Shown piece by piece: positions 51,601-64,000 of a DNA stretch of 64,000 bases. Both the position numbers and the translations under genes were made by a program. The notes below the pieces were generated by a model that did no database searches, was not told the origin of the DNA, and saw only the letters and a list, made by a program, of their open reading frames with translations. This DNA comes from Eledone cirrhosa (taxonomy: Eukaryota). The first letter of the stretch is position 1, and every line of letters starts with the position of its first letter. The stretch lies in contig OZ024750.1 of assembly GCA_964016885.1 (NCBI GenBank), positions 35,464,001 through 35,528,000 of the forward strand. The letters run 5' to 3'.

Positions 51601-54600
51601 ATCTTTGAGACCATCTCTAGCTCTACAATAATCTTTGAGACCATCCTTAGCTCTACAATAATCTTTGAGACCATCCTTAGCTCTACAATAATCTTTGAGA
51701 CCATCTCTAGCTCTACAATAATCTTTGAAACCATCCTTAGCTCTACAATAATCTTTGAGACCATCTCTAGCTCTACAATAATCTTTGAGACCATCCTTAG
51801 CTCTACAATAATCTTTGAGACCATCCTTAGCTCTACAATAATCTTTGAGACCATCTCTAGCTCTACAATAATCTTTGAGACCATCCTTAGCTCTACAATA
51901 ATCTTTGAAACCATCTCTAGCTCTATAATAATCTTTGAGACCATCCTTAGCTCTACAATAATCTTTGAAACCATCTCTAGCTCTACAATAATCTTTGAGA
52001 CCATCCTTAGCTCTACAATAATCTTTGAGACCATCCCTAGCTCTACAATAATCTTTGAGACCATCATTAGCTCTACAATAATCTTTGAGACCATCTCTAG
52101 CTCTACAATAATCTTTGAGACCATCCTTAGCTCTACAATAATCTTTGAGACCATCCTTAGCTCTACAATAATCTTTGAGACCATCTCTAGCTCTACAATA
52201 ATCTTTGAGACCATCCCTAGCTCTACAATAATCTTTGAGACCATCCTTAGCTCTACAATAATCTTCGAGACCATCCTTAGCTCTACAATAATCTTTGAAA
52301 CCATCTCTAGCTCTACAATAATCTTTGAAACCATCTCTAGCTCTACAATAATCTTTGAGACCATCCTTAGCTCTACAATAATCTTTGAGACCATCTCTAG
52401 CTCTACAATAATCTTTGAGACCATCCCTAGCTCTACAATAATCTTTGAGACCATCCCTAGCTCTACAATAATCTTTGAGACCATCCTTAGCTCTACAATA
52501 ATCTTTGAGACCATCCTTAGCTCTATAATAATCTTTGAGACCATCCCTAGCTCTACAATAATCTTTGAGACCATCCCTAACCCTACAATAATCTTTGAGA
52601 CCATCCCTAACCCTACAATAATCTTTGAGACCATCTCTAGCTCTACAATAATCTTTGAGACCATCTCTAGCTCTATAATAATCTTTGAGACCATCCCTAG
52701 CTCTACAATAATCTTTGAGACCATCCTTAGCTCTACAATAATCTTTGAGACCATCTCTAGCTCTACAATAATCTTTGAGACCATCCCTAGCTCTACAATA
52801 ATCTTTGAGACCATCTCTAGCTCTACAATAATCTTTGAGACCATCCCTAGCTCTACAATAATCTTTGAGACCATCTCTAGCTCTATAATAATCTTTGAGA
52901 CCATCCCTAGCTCTACAATAATCTTTGAGACCATCCTTAGCTCTACAATAATCTTTGAGACCATCTCTAGCTCTACAATAATCTTTGAGACCATCCCTAA
53001 CCCTACAATAATCTTTGAGACCATCTCTAGCTCTACAATAATCTTTGAGACCATCCCTAGCTCTACAATAATCTTTGAGACCATCTCTAGCTCTATAATA
53101 ATCTTTGAGACCATCCCTAGCTCTACAATAATCTTTGAGACCATCCTTAGCTCTACAATAATCTTTGAGACCATCTCTAGCTCTACAATAATCTTTGAGA
53201 CCATCCCTAGCTCTACAATAATCTTTGAGACCATCTCTAGCTCTACAATAATCTTTGAGACCATCCCTAGCTCTACAATAATCTTTGAGACCATCTCTAG
53301 CTCTACAATAATCTTTGAGACCATCCCTAGCTCTACAATAATCTTTGAGACCATCCCTAGCTCTACAATAATCTTTGAGACCATCCTTAGCTCTACAATA
53401 ATCTTTGAGACCATCCTTAGCTCTACAATAATCTTTGAGACCATCCTTAGCTCTATAATAATCTTTGAGACCATCCCTAGCTCTACAATAATCTTTGAGA
53501 CCATCCCTAACCCTACAATAATCTTTGAGACCATCCCTAACCCTACAATAATCTTTGAGACCATCTCTAGCTCTACAATAATCTTTGAGACCATCTCTAG
53601 CTCTATAATAATCTTTGAGACCATCCCTAGCTCTACAATAATCTTTGAGACCATCCTTAGCTCTACAATAATCTTTGAGACCATCTCTAGCTCTACAATA
53701 ATCTTTGAGACCATCCCTAGCTCTACAATAATCTTTGAGACCATCTCTAGCTCTACAATAATCATTGAGACCATCCCTAGCTCTACAATAATCTTTGAGA
53801 CCATCTCTAGCTCTATAATAATCTTTGAGACCATCCCTAGCTCTACAATAATCTTTGAGACCATCCTTAGCTCTACAATAATCTTTGAGACCATCTCTAG
53901 CTCTACAATAATCTTTGAGACCATCCCTAACCCTACAATAATCTTTGAGACCATCTCTAGCTCTACAATAATCTTTGAGACCATCCCTAGCTCTACAATA
54001 ATCTTTGAGACCATCCCTAACCCTACAATAATCTTTGAGACCATCTCTAGCTCTACAATAATCTTTGAGACCATCTCTAGCTCTATAATAATCTTTGAGA
54101 CCATCCCTAGCTCTACAATAATCTTTGAGACCATCCTTAGCTCTACAATAATCTTTGAGACCAGCCCTAGCTCTACAATAATCTTTGAGACCATCCCTAG
54201 CTCTACAATAATCTTTGAGACCATCCTTAGCTCTACAATAATCTTTGAGACCAGCCCTAGCTCTACAATAATCTTTGAGACCATCCCTAGCTCTACAATA
54301 ATCTTTGAGACCAGCCCTAGCTCTACAATAATCTTTGAGACCAGCCCTAGCTCTACAATAATCTTTGAGACCATCCCTAGCTCTACAATAATCTTTGAGA
54401 CCAGCCCTAGCTCTACAATAATCTTTGAGACCATCCCTAGCTCTACAATAATCTTTGAGACCATCTCTAGCTCTACAATAATCTTTGAGACCATCCTTAG
54501 CTCTACAATAATCTTTGAAACCATCTCTAGCTCTACAATAATCTTTGAGACCATCTCTAGCTCTACAATAATCTTTGAGACCAGCCCTAGCTCTACAATA

Positions 54601-54690
54601 ATCTTTGAGACCATCTCTAGCTCTACAATAATCTTTGAGACCATCCTTAGCTCTACAATAATCTTTGAGACCATCTCTAGCTCTACAATA
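51601..54690. repeat. 30-bp minisatellite, 103 indel-free copies
   Basis: Unit ATCTTTGAGACCATCYYTAGCTCTACAATA stays in register with the 60-nt lines for 3090 bp. Confidence 0.99.
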
Positions 54691-54774
54691 AAATTGTTTT
54701 CATTTATAGGAGCAGTAATTTCTAAATCATTCCAGTTTGTTTTTGTATGTAAGTAGGAACATTAATTGAATAAA

Positions 54775-55730
54775 TACCCAGTCGACACTGTAAAGTGGTT
54801 GTGTAGGTGACACAACAAAAGGTACCCCGTCCACACGGTAAAGTGGTTGTGTAGGTGACAACAAAAAGCACCCAATCCACACTGTAAAGTGGTTGTGTAG
54901 GTGACACAACAAAAAGCACCCAGTCCACACTGTAAAGTGGTTGTGTAGGTGACACAACAAAAAGCACCCAATCCACAGTGTAAAGTGTTTGTGTAGGTGA
55001 CACAACAAAAAGCACTCAATCCACACTGTAAAGTGGTTGTGTAGGTGACACAACAAAAAGCACCCAGACCACACTGTAAAGTGTTGTGTAGGTGACACAA
55101 TAAAAGCATCCTGTCCACAATGTAAAGTGGTTGTGTAGGTGACACAACAAAAAGCACTCAGTTCACACTGTAAATTGGTTGTGTAGGTGACACAACAAAA
55201 AGCACCCAATTCACACAATAAAGGGGTCATGTAGGTGACACAACAAAAAGCACTCAGTCCACACTGTAAAGTGGTCATGTAGGTGTCACAACAAAAAGCA
55301 CTCAGTCCACACTGTAAAGTGGTCATGTAGGAGTCACAACAAAAGGCACTCAGTCCACACTGTAAAGTGGTCATGTAGGTGTCACAACAAAAAGCACTCA
55401 GTCCACACTGTAAAGTGGTCATGTAGGAGTCACAACAAAAGGCACCCTGTCCACAGTGTAAAGTGGTCATGTAGGTGTCACGATAAAAAACACCCAGTCC
55501 ACACAGTAAAGTGGTCATGTAGGTGACACCTCAAAAAGCACCCAATCCACATTGTAAATGTGGTTGGCGTTAGGAAGAGTATCCAGTCATAGAAACCAAG
55601 CCAAAATCAGTTCTGTGTGAGCAAAACACGTTCCTCAGACCTGGCTGTCTCACAATGGGACAGCACGTCTAACCCATGCTAGTGTGGAAAATGGATGTTA
55701 AACGATGATGATGATGATGATGAGGATGAT
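54775..55730 (+). repeat. RTE 3' UTR derivative with a 48-bp unit expanded ~16 times
   Basis: Unit CAAAAAGCACYCAGTCCACACTGTAAAGTGGTYRTGTAGGTGACACAA, followed by the normal RTE-B 3' end and (GAT)n. Confidence 0.9.
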
Positions 55731-56700
55731 TTCTTGTTAGTTTTTGACAAGAAATAGTAAATATTTTTGTTATAACATATACTTACAAGGTCACTTATAG
55801 AAATACCTCCATGTTTCCAACTACAACGTACCAGTAATACACTGAATAATTGTTGGCCTTATGCCAAATGTAGAAATAATTATATTGTATCTATTAAGGG
55901 CGGTGAATTGGCAGTTTCGGTAGAGGGTCGGACATGCTTTCCAGCATAGTTACGTCCCTTTATGATCTGAGTTCAAATCCCGCCGAAGTTAACTTTGTCT
56001 TTCATCCATACGGGGTCAATAAAATAAAGTACCAGTAATGTACTGGGTAATTGCTGGCTTTGTGCCAAAGATAGAAACAATTATATTATATCTACTAGCA
56101 GTGGTACCTGGGATAAGGTATTTTGGAACACGGGCTGCCAACAGACCTAATCGTGGAAAAACTGTATACCTGGACAATATGTAAAGAAAATAAACCGAAT
56201 ACTCTGATGGCTGGATAATCTTTAAAATTTTCCTCGATGAAGTAGGAAAAATGTTATTGTTGTTATATCAAGTATAGATTAACTGAAGCTCTTCACATGT
56301 AATTCTTTCAGGGACATGAAATAATTCACATGTATTTCTTTAAGGGTCATTAAATAATTACAGTTTAGTTGAAACATTCAGAATAAAAGGTTGTCCAGTA
56401 ACATATCTATTTATAAATAAATAGAATAAATATATAAATTAAAATAATAAATAATAATAATAATGATAATAACAACAACAATAATAATAATTGTTTCTAA
56501 TTTAGGCATAAGGCCAGCAATTTGAAGGGAGGGGAAAGTCGATTAAATCGACCCCACTGTATTATTTTATCGATCCCGTAAGGATGAAAGGCAAAGCTAA
56601 ACCTCAGCGGCATTTGAACTCAGAACCTAAAGGGCCATAACTATGCTGCAAAGCATATCGTCCAATGCTCTACTGGTACTGCCAATCCATTGCCCTAATA

Positions 56701-59315
56701 ATCATCATCATCATCATCATCAACGTTTAACGTCCGTGTTCCACGCTTGCATGGGTTTGGACGGGGGTAGTCCCACTTGAGGCAAGAGTGATTGTCTTGC
56801 TCGCATAGGACTGTCTGGCAGGTTTTCTACAGCTGGATGCCCTTCCTAACACCAACCACATTTACAGTGTGGGTCTGGGAGGTTTTTACCGTGTTGCCTA
56901 CACGGCCACATTACAGCGTGGACTGTGTGTTTTTTTGTCGTGACACCTACACGATCTCATTTGTTTCGGCCTGGATGGTGTGGCACCAACATAACTTTAC
57001 ATAGAAGGGGGCGGTGTGGATGGGGTGGGGTGGTGGGACGGGGGGGGGGGGGGGGGGAGGGTATTTTGTTAGAGATGCCTACTGGCTGTAGTAGGTTTTA
57101 CTATGTATTTAGGTAAGGCGGGTCTTCTCTGTTACTGAGTACCGCCAAAGGTCTCGGTCCAGTGACATTGTCTTGGAGAGGTGTAAGTGTGTGAGGTCGG
57201 AGTTTATCAGCTCGTCCCAGGTTTTTCTAGGTCTGCCTATTCCGTGGCTACCATCTATCTTTATTGCCCTGCACTTTGTTATACAGCTATCGACTTTCAT
57301 GCGCATCACGTGTCCATACCAACGTAGCCTTCTCTCGAGTAAACAACATCTGATCCCTCTTATTTCTAATTTTTTCCTTAGTTCGTTTATGCTTTGCCGT
57401 TCACGTATATTACTGTTACACATCCAGCGGAGCATGCAAGCTTCGTTCCTCTCTACTCTGCGTATATCCTCTGCACACGATGCCCAGGTCTCACTGCCAT
57501 GCAACATTGCTGTTCGTATGCAGGCATCGTACAGCCTGCCTTTCATTTTTAGGGAGAACCCTTTAGCAGCTAATAGTGGTATAAGCTCTCTGAACTTTTT
57601 CCAACCAGTTCTGACTCTACCTACTGTACTTTCAGAGCACCCTCCCCCACTGCTGATTTTATCACCCAGGTAACGGAAACTGTCCACTATTTCTATAGAA
57701 CCCTCTGCGCAATTGAAAGAGCTAGTATTTTGTGGGCACTTGCTGCTACTTATTGCACCAGAGCACCGGCCACATGTAAAATCTATGTTCTTAGTTAGCT
57801 TACCTGTGATCCCACTACATCTTTTATGCACCCATACTTTGCATTTAGGACATAAAATGGAGTTTCTACCTACGCCTTTCCTACACACCGAGCACGACCA
57901 TTTCCCAGAAGGGACCGCCGCCTTATTTTCTTTCCTACAAACTAGAACTTTAGTCTTAGCCAGGTTAATTTTAAGGCCTTTTGATTCTAGGCCGTGCTTC
58001 CATGTTTGGAATTTCTTCTCTAGCTCGGCCATTGATTCCGCTATGAGTGTCAGGTCGTCTGCGTATAGGAGTTCCCATGGGCAGCCGGTCTTGAACTCCT
58101 CTGTTATAGCCTGAAGGGCAATAATAAATAGTAGGGGGCTGAGAACAGAGCCCTGATGGACGCCAACTTTTACGCTAAACTCTTCACTATATTCGTTGTT
58201 AATTCTAACCTTGCTGACTGTTTCTTTATACATGGTTTGTATAGCTCTCACAAGCCATTCGTCAACGCCTAGTTTTCTAAGAGCCCACCAGATAATGGAG
58301 CGGGGGACTCTGTCGAAGGCTTTCTCCAAGTCGACAAAAGCTAGGTAGAGGGGTTTACCTTTAGCTAGGTACTTCTCCTGTAGTTGTCGTACAATGAAAA
58401 GAGCGTCTGTGGTACTTTTTCCTGACACAAACCCGAACTGCATTTCATCTAGATCAATTCTCTCTCTGATTAGTTGTGCTATTACTTTTTCCGTGACCTT
58501 CATGACCTGGTCGATTAATTTAATGCCTCTATAGTTACTCCTATCTAGGGCGTCTCCTTTACCCTTATAACAGTTAACGATGATGCTGCTATGCCAGTCC
58601 TTCGGAACAACCCCATTCTGTACGACTTGGTTAACTATGCGGGTGACCATGGTGTGTCCCACCGTGCCAGATGCCTTCAGCATCTCGGCAACTATTTCCG
58701 AAGGCCCAGCCGCCTTACCCGTCTTCATATCCTTGATTGCCTTACTTATTATACTCCCCTCGACTAACACTGCTGGTCCCTCTATTGGGTCGATATTAGG
58801 GAGACTGTCTTTCTCCCATTTATTCTCCTCATTTAGTAGCCTTTCATAGTGACACTTCCAAGCTACCTTCTTATCAGCGTCGGTGATGGCAAGTGTGCCA
58901 TCGTCGTTTAGTACACACTTCTCCCCGACAATATCACGGTTTTCCTTGACGCATTGCCTAGCAATCCTGAACACCTCACGTTTTTGGTCATCGCGTTGTA
59001 GAACATGCTTGAACTTTCTTTCCTCAGCTTCCCTTCTTGCTAAGTACACTTGTCTCCTAGCTTCCCTCCTGGCCACTTGATAGTCTTCTCTACTTCCCCC
59101 ATCCCGCCATACTTTCCAAGCCTGCTTTTTGGCCTTAATTGACCCCTCCACCTTACTGTTCCACCACCATGTTACTCTCCTCCTGCCTACAGGCCTGCTC
59201 CAGCCACAGACTTCGTCTGTCGCCAACAGCAGGTTTACTTTCAGAAATTCCCACTCTCCCTCTATATTGTCCGACTCTAAATGTTCTTCCTTACTCTCGA
59301 AAGCATCAAGTGAAA
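56701..59315 (-). mobile_element. RTE LINE subfamily B, 5'-truncated (no endonuclease), young
   Basis: ~400-bp 3' UTR with (GAT)n tail plus an uninterrupted ORF. Confidence 0.98.
57109..59226 (-). CDS. RTE reverse transcriptase with embedded PHD-type (C4HC3) finger; N-terminally truncated, no authentic start
   Basis: 705 stop-free codons: NYRGIKL, QFGF, FVDLEKAFD, GVHQGSVLSPLLF, YADD, CSVC...CPKC...HKRC...CGRC, LRWYGHVMR. Confidence 0.9.
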   Translation of the reverse strand: MATDEVCGWSRPVGRRRVTWWWNSKVEGSIKAKKQAWKVWRDGGSREDYQVARREARRQVYLARREAEERKFKHVLQRDDQKREVFRIARQCVKENRDIVGEKCVLNDDGTLAITDADKKVAWKCHYERLLNEENKWEKDSLPNIDPIEGPAVLVEGSIISKAIKDMKTGKAAGPSEIVAEMLKASGTVGHTMVTRIVNQVVQNGVVPKDWHSSIIVNCYKGKGDALDRSNYRGIKLIDQVMKVTEKVIAQLIRERIDLDEMQFGFVSGKSTTDALFIVRQLQEKYLAKGKPLYLAFVDLEKAFDRVPRSIIWWALRKLGVDEWLVRAIQTMYKETVSKVRINNEYSEEFSVKVGVHQGSVLSPLLFIIALQAITEEFKTGCPWELLYADDLTLIAESMAELEKKFQTWKHGLESKGLKINLAKTKVLVCRKENKAAVPSGKWSCSVCRKGVGRNSILCPKCKVWVHKRCSGITGKLTKNIDFTCGRCSGAISSSKCPQNTSSFNCAEGSIEIVDSFRYLGDKISSGGGCSESTVGRVRTGWKKFRELIPLLAAKGFSLKMKGRLYDACIRTAMLHGSETWASCAEDIRRVERNEACMLRWMCNSNIRERQSINELRKKLEIRGIRCCLLERRLRWYGHVMRMKVDSCITKCRAIKIDGSHGIGRPRKTWDELINSDLTHLHLSKTMSLDRDLWRYSVTEKTRLT

Positions 59316-59412
59316 TTTATTAATAATAATAATTATTATTATTATTTACGTCAGGTGTCAGGTTGACACATGGCATAATTTGGGAAAGAAGCAGAATTCA
59401 AAGGAACTTTCA

Positions 59413-59457
<45 letters not shown>

Positions 59458-60559
59458 TGTTTCTACTTTAGGCACAAGGCCAGCAATTACCCAGTGCATT
59501 ACTGGTACTTTGGCCACAAGGGCTGACATCAAGAAAAACATTACAGACGGCACAGGACTTGTTTCTACTTTTGGCACAAGGCCAGCAAATACCCAGTACA
59601 TTACTGGTACTTTATTTTATCGACCCCGTAAGGATGAAAGGCAAAGTTAACCTCGGCAGGATTTGAACTCAGACCATAAAGGGACGTAACTATGCTGGAA
59701 AGCATGGCGTCCGACTCTCTACCGATACTGCCAATTCACCGCCCCTTAATAATAATAATAAGTGATTTTAACAAGATAGGCACCACTGAGCTTTTTGAAT
59801 TTTAATAAAAGGGATATTATGCCAAAATGTCTACCAATTCTTCTAAGTGCCTGGGAAAAAAATCTAAAAAGAAAATATGACATAAAAAGATGTGATAATT
59901 CTTCAAATGTATTCAGATGCTACACAAAGCATTCTATTATAAGATATGAAACATTTTTCTTGATGATCTTATTTTTCTGTAGCCTGATATTTGTGTCTAG
60001 TGAAGTTGCCATCAACTGCCAGGAATGTGGAAGTTAATGCAATAGCTACTCAAATGCAGCTGTGAATGGATGCGATGGAAACAACTAAAAATAGGTACAT
60101 CTTAATCAGGATGAAGTAAATTGTAAAAGTACAGTAGTGGAACAAACACAGCAGGAATAATAGAAACACTTGTTTTGTTGATGTAAAAATATTTAATAGA
60201 TATAAAATAATTGTTTCTACTTTTGGCACAAGGCCAGCAATTACCCCAGTGTATTACTGGTACTTTATTTTATCGACCCCGTAAGGATGAAAGGCAAAGT
60301 CAACCTCAGCGGGATTTGAACTCAGATCGTAAAGGGACGTAACTATGCTGGAAAGCATGGCGTCCGACTCTCTACCGATACTGCCAATCCAATGACCAGT
60401 GTTTTATTGAACTGTTGTCTATTATGTGACAAATATTTACAGAGTGTAAGGAGGAACAATCTGTCCCTAAAGTCCAAGTCTTGTTAGCCACCTAACAAGA
60501 AGTCCCTTCACTGCCTATCAGTTCAATAAATGATCTGCAGCAAAGTTCAATAATTGATC

Positions 60560-61443
60560 TGCAGAAAGCGTAACAATAGACAAACTATCTGGTTCTCTCC
60601 TCCCTTCTCACTCAACGTTAAAACCAATGTAGGCAAACAATTTCTAGCCCTCTTAGATAGACACTTTCCCATAGGTCATAAATACCGCTCCATCTTTAAC
60701 CGACACAAAGTAAAACTAGAATACTCCTGTGCTAAGAACATGAAAACCCACATCACCAACGGCCCTAAGAGCAACACCCCACCAGGGTGCTCTTGCCGTA
60801 AGCCTGAAGCTTGTCCCCTTCAACAGCAATGCAATATTGCCGCTGTAGTTTATGAAGCTGTGGTCACTTCCAACTGACCAAATCAACCACAGGAGGTCAA
60901 ATCTCATGTGCGTATGGCGGAGGGCCGATTTAAGGAATGCACCGGTCAACCTTTAGGTACCTGGATACGAAACTTGTGAGCCATGTATGGTCCCTCAAGG
61001 AATCAAGTATAGACTACTCCATTCAATGGAAAGCCATCACTATGTCCAAGCCATATGCAAGGGGCAATCCATCGTGTGGACTATGTATTGATGAACGAAT
61101 TAATATTCTAAAGAGATTATGCAATAGTGATTGCATAAACATGAGAAATGAATTCTTCACACGTTGTCCACACATCTGGAAACACCTCTTACATAACTAC
61201 AAAGCTCCGGATTGAATTACAACATCCTAATTTTCTTAAAAACTAGAAACTTTCAGACTTTCGCAGTTATCTCAAACCTCTCGCACGCAATTTAGTATTG
61301 CCTGTGTGAAGTGATCATTTCTGCGCATGTGCGTTCGTACAGTTGTCCTTCCTGTTCTGTATAACCATGTCCATTACGAGCTGAGGATCCGCTAAGGTGA
61401 AACAATTGCTCTCAGTATGGTGAACTAACTGTTGTGTAACCAC

Positions 61444-61447
<4 letters not shown>
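60560..61447 (+). mobile_element. Penelope-like retroelement 3' portion: GIY-YIG domain, 3' UTR and HHR (61378-61413)
   Basis: IWFSPPFSLNVKTNVGKQFL...YSC...CSCRKPEACPLQQQC...VVYEAVV...HRSTF...CGLC...RCPH; then GAG-CTGAGGA-T-CC-GCTAA-GG-T-GAA-ACAATTGC-T-CTC (U16.1 mutated); ends in (TA)n. Confidence 0.9.
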
Positions 61448-61511
<64 letters not shown>

Positions 61512-61512
61512 G

Positions 61513-61544
<32 letters not shown>

Positions 61545-61563
61545 CTATATATATGTGTATATA

Positions 61564-62195
<632 letters not shown>

Positions 62196-62609
62196 TATAT
62201 ATATATATATATACTGTATATATATATATATATATATATACTGTATATATATATATATATACAGGGAAAGAGATGTTATATATGTAAGATATATACAAAT
62301 TATTAGGTAATTCTCAGCTATAAATTCTATCCACCAATTCTACTATAATATTCTGGCATGAAATATTCCTATTCTATTCAATTAATGTGAAGAAGACTGA
62401 TTATTATATTTTCTCATATTTTATTGATTCTAAGAAGATTTCTACTTTCGTAATAGTCTGAGATATTTGCTATTATAGAATAAAGCCTTGTTACCCTCAA
62501 GATACTTGTGAACATCTGTTATTCACAGAAGTAGTCACATACTTTGTCTTTTACATGAATAAATACACTCTGATATGATGAAACCTTTCAATGAAAATTT
62601 ATTCATGGA

Positions 62610-62645
<36 letters not shown>

Positions 62646-62844
62646 GTTGTTGTTGTTGTTGTTGTTGTTGTATTCTAAAGCACAAAAGTACAAACTGAAC
62701 TGTATAAATGTTCACTGTAATTTAAACAACACAACTCCCGATCTTGTTATTGTTTAAACATACCGAAGAAGAAAAAGTAAAGAAGAAAAAAAACAAAAAC
62801 AAAATGAATAATTAGATAAACAAATAAGATGTAGTATTCCACTG

Positions 62845-62980
62845 AAGGAGGAGGAAGAGACCAAGGAGGAGGAGGAGAAGGAGTAGAAGAGAGGAAAAGG
62901 AGTAGAAGAAGAAGAAAAGGGAGAAGAAGAAGAAGAAGAAGAAGAAGAAGAAGAAGAAGAAGAAGAAGAAGAAGAAGAAA
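62845..62980. repeat. (GAA)n / purine-rich microsatellite
   Basis: Direct reading. Confidence 0.95.
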
Positions 62981-63146
62981 TAATGGCTATCACATAAATA
63001 TATATGATATACATGAAATTTTTATTGATTATTGCTTCCAAACCAGAAATAATACACCAAATTGGAATTAGGGGGATGGGAAGAGGGGGAATTCTTATTC
63101 ACTTAAACACATATTTTCTCGCTCTCTTTCCTTATTGTTCTCATTC

Positions 63147-63183
<37 letters not shown>

Positions 63184-64000
63184 AACACATTGTACATTAG
63201 AATTTTGAAGTTAGAATGCATTTACATGTGATAATTTATACTTTTGCTTCCATTTTGACAGAGGTTCACTCTTTCGTGTGATTTGATAACTTTTTTCTCA
63301 GAACTGGTAGTTGTGTGTTATATTTACAGTTAAATACCAAAAAAAAAAAAATGGTAGATTTAGAATTAAATATACTTTATTTGAACGATAAAATTATGAT
63401 GTCATTAATCAATGTTCCTCTTCTCCTCTTGTTGCTAAAATGTACACTTATATATATATGTGTCCCTTCCTTTTATATATATATATATAGGCACATGGCT
63501 TAGTGGTTAGAGCATTGGCCTTGCAATCGAAAGGTTGTGAGTTCAATTCTCAGACCGGGTGATGTGTTGTTTCCTTGAGCAAGACACTTTATATATATAT
63601 ATATATATATATAAATGTGGCCGGCACTAGGAAGGGTATTCAGCTGTAGAAACCAAACCAGAACCAGTTCTGTGTGAGCAAGACACGGTCACCTGACCCA
63701 ACATCCCTCAAATGGGATAACCCATCTAACCCATGCTAGCGTGCAAAAATTGATGTTAAATGATGATGATGATGATGATGATGAATATATCATCATCAAC
63801 AACATTTAACGTCTATCTTTCCACACTAGCATGGGTTAGACGGATTGTCCACGTTATGAGACAAGTATGGCCACTTGGCCATGCTGTACCTTGTTCAAAG
63901 GGGACTGTAATTTGACCAGGTATTTTTACAACTGGATCTCCTTCTTAACAGCAGCCACATTTACAGTGTGGAAGTGGGTGGTCCTGTTATCAGCCAAATC

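Noticed and set aside
51570-54674. 1034-aa ORF as a real gene
   Set aside because: Pure 30-bp tandem unit with no unique domain; kept only as a low-interest finding.
51601-54690. CRISPR-like array (also 2400-3290, 28378-29145)
   Set aside because: Head-to-tail repeats without unique spacers; no cas genes; eukaryotic context.
59982-60093. Exon encoding ...VAINCQECGS
   Set aside because: Good acceptor but stops in all three frames before the donor.

Overview
AT-rich, repeat-saturated animal genomic DNA; the SINE/LINE complement and microsatellite load suggest an octopus or other coleoid cephalopod (inference). No host gene can be identified with confidence; only weak exon candidates exist. 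The window holds 5'-truncated RTE LINEs of two subfamilies (one with an uninterrupted 705-codon RT + PHD-finger ORF), CR1-like and Tx1-like LINE pieces, two tRNA-derived SINE families, MITEs, minisatellites and two Penelope-like (GIY-YIG) fragments. The main signal is non-coding: about 20 short inserts from roughly ten unrelated sequence families, nearly all in (TA)n tracts, carry type I hammerhead ribozyme (HHR) motifs. These include canonical cores, a compensatory U3-A8 core and a recurring CCGUCGA core with a conserved extra domain in stem II. Seven families share a covarying bulged hairpin near the 3' end, most copies have a fold-back (palindromic) structure, and one is a 591-nt tandem unit bounded by two HHRs (retrozyme-like). 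All RNA folds were derived by eye and are untested; element boundaries are approximate.
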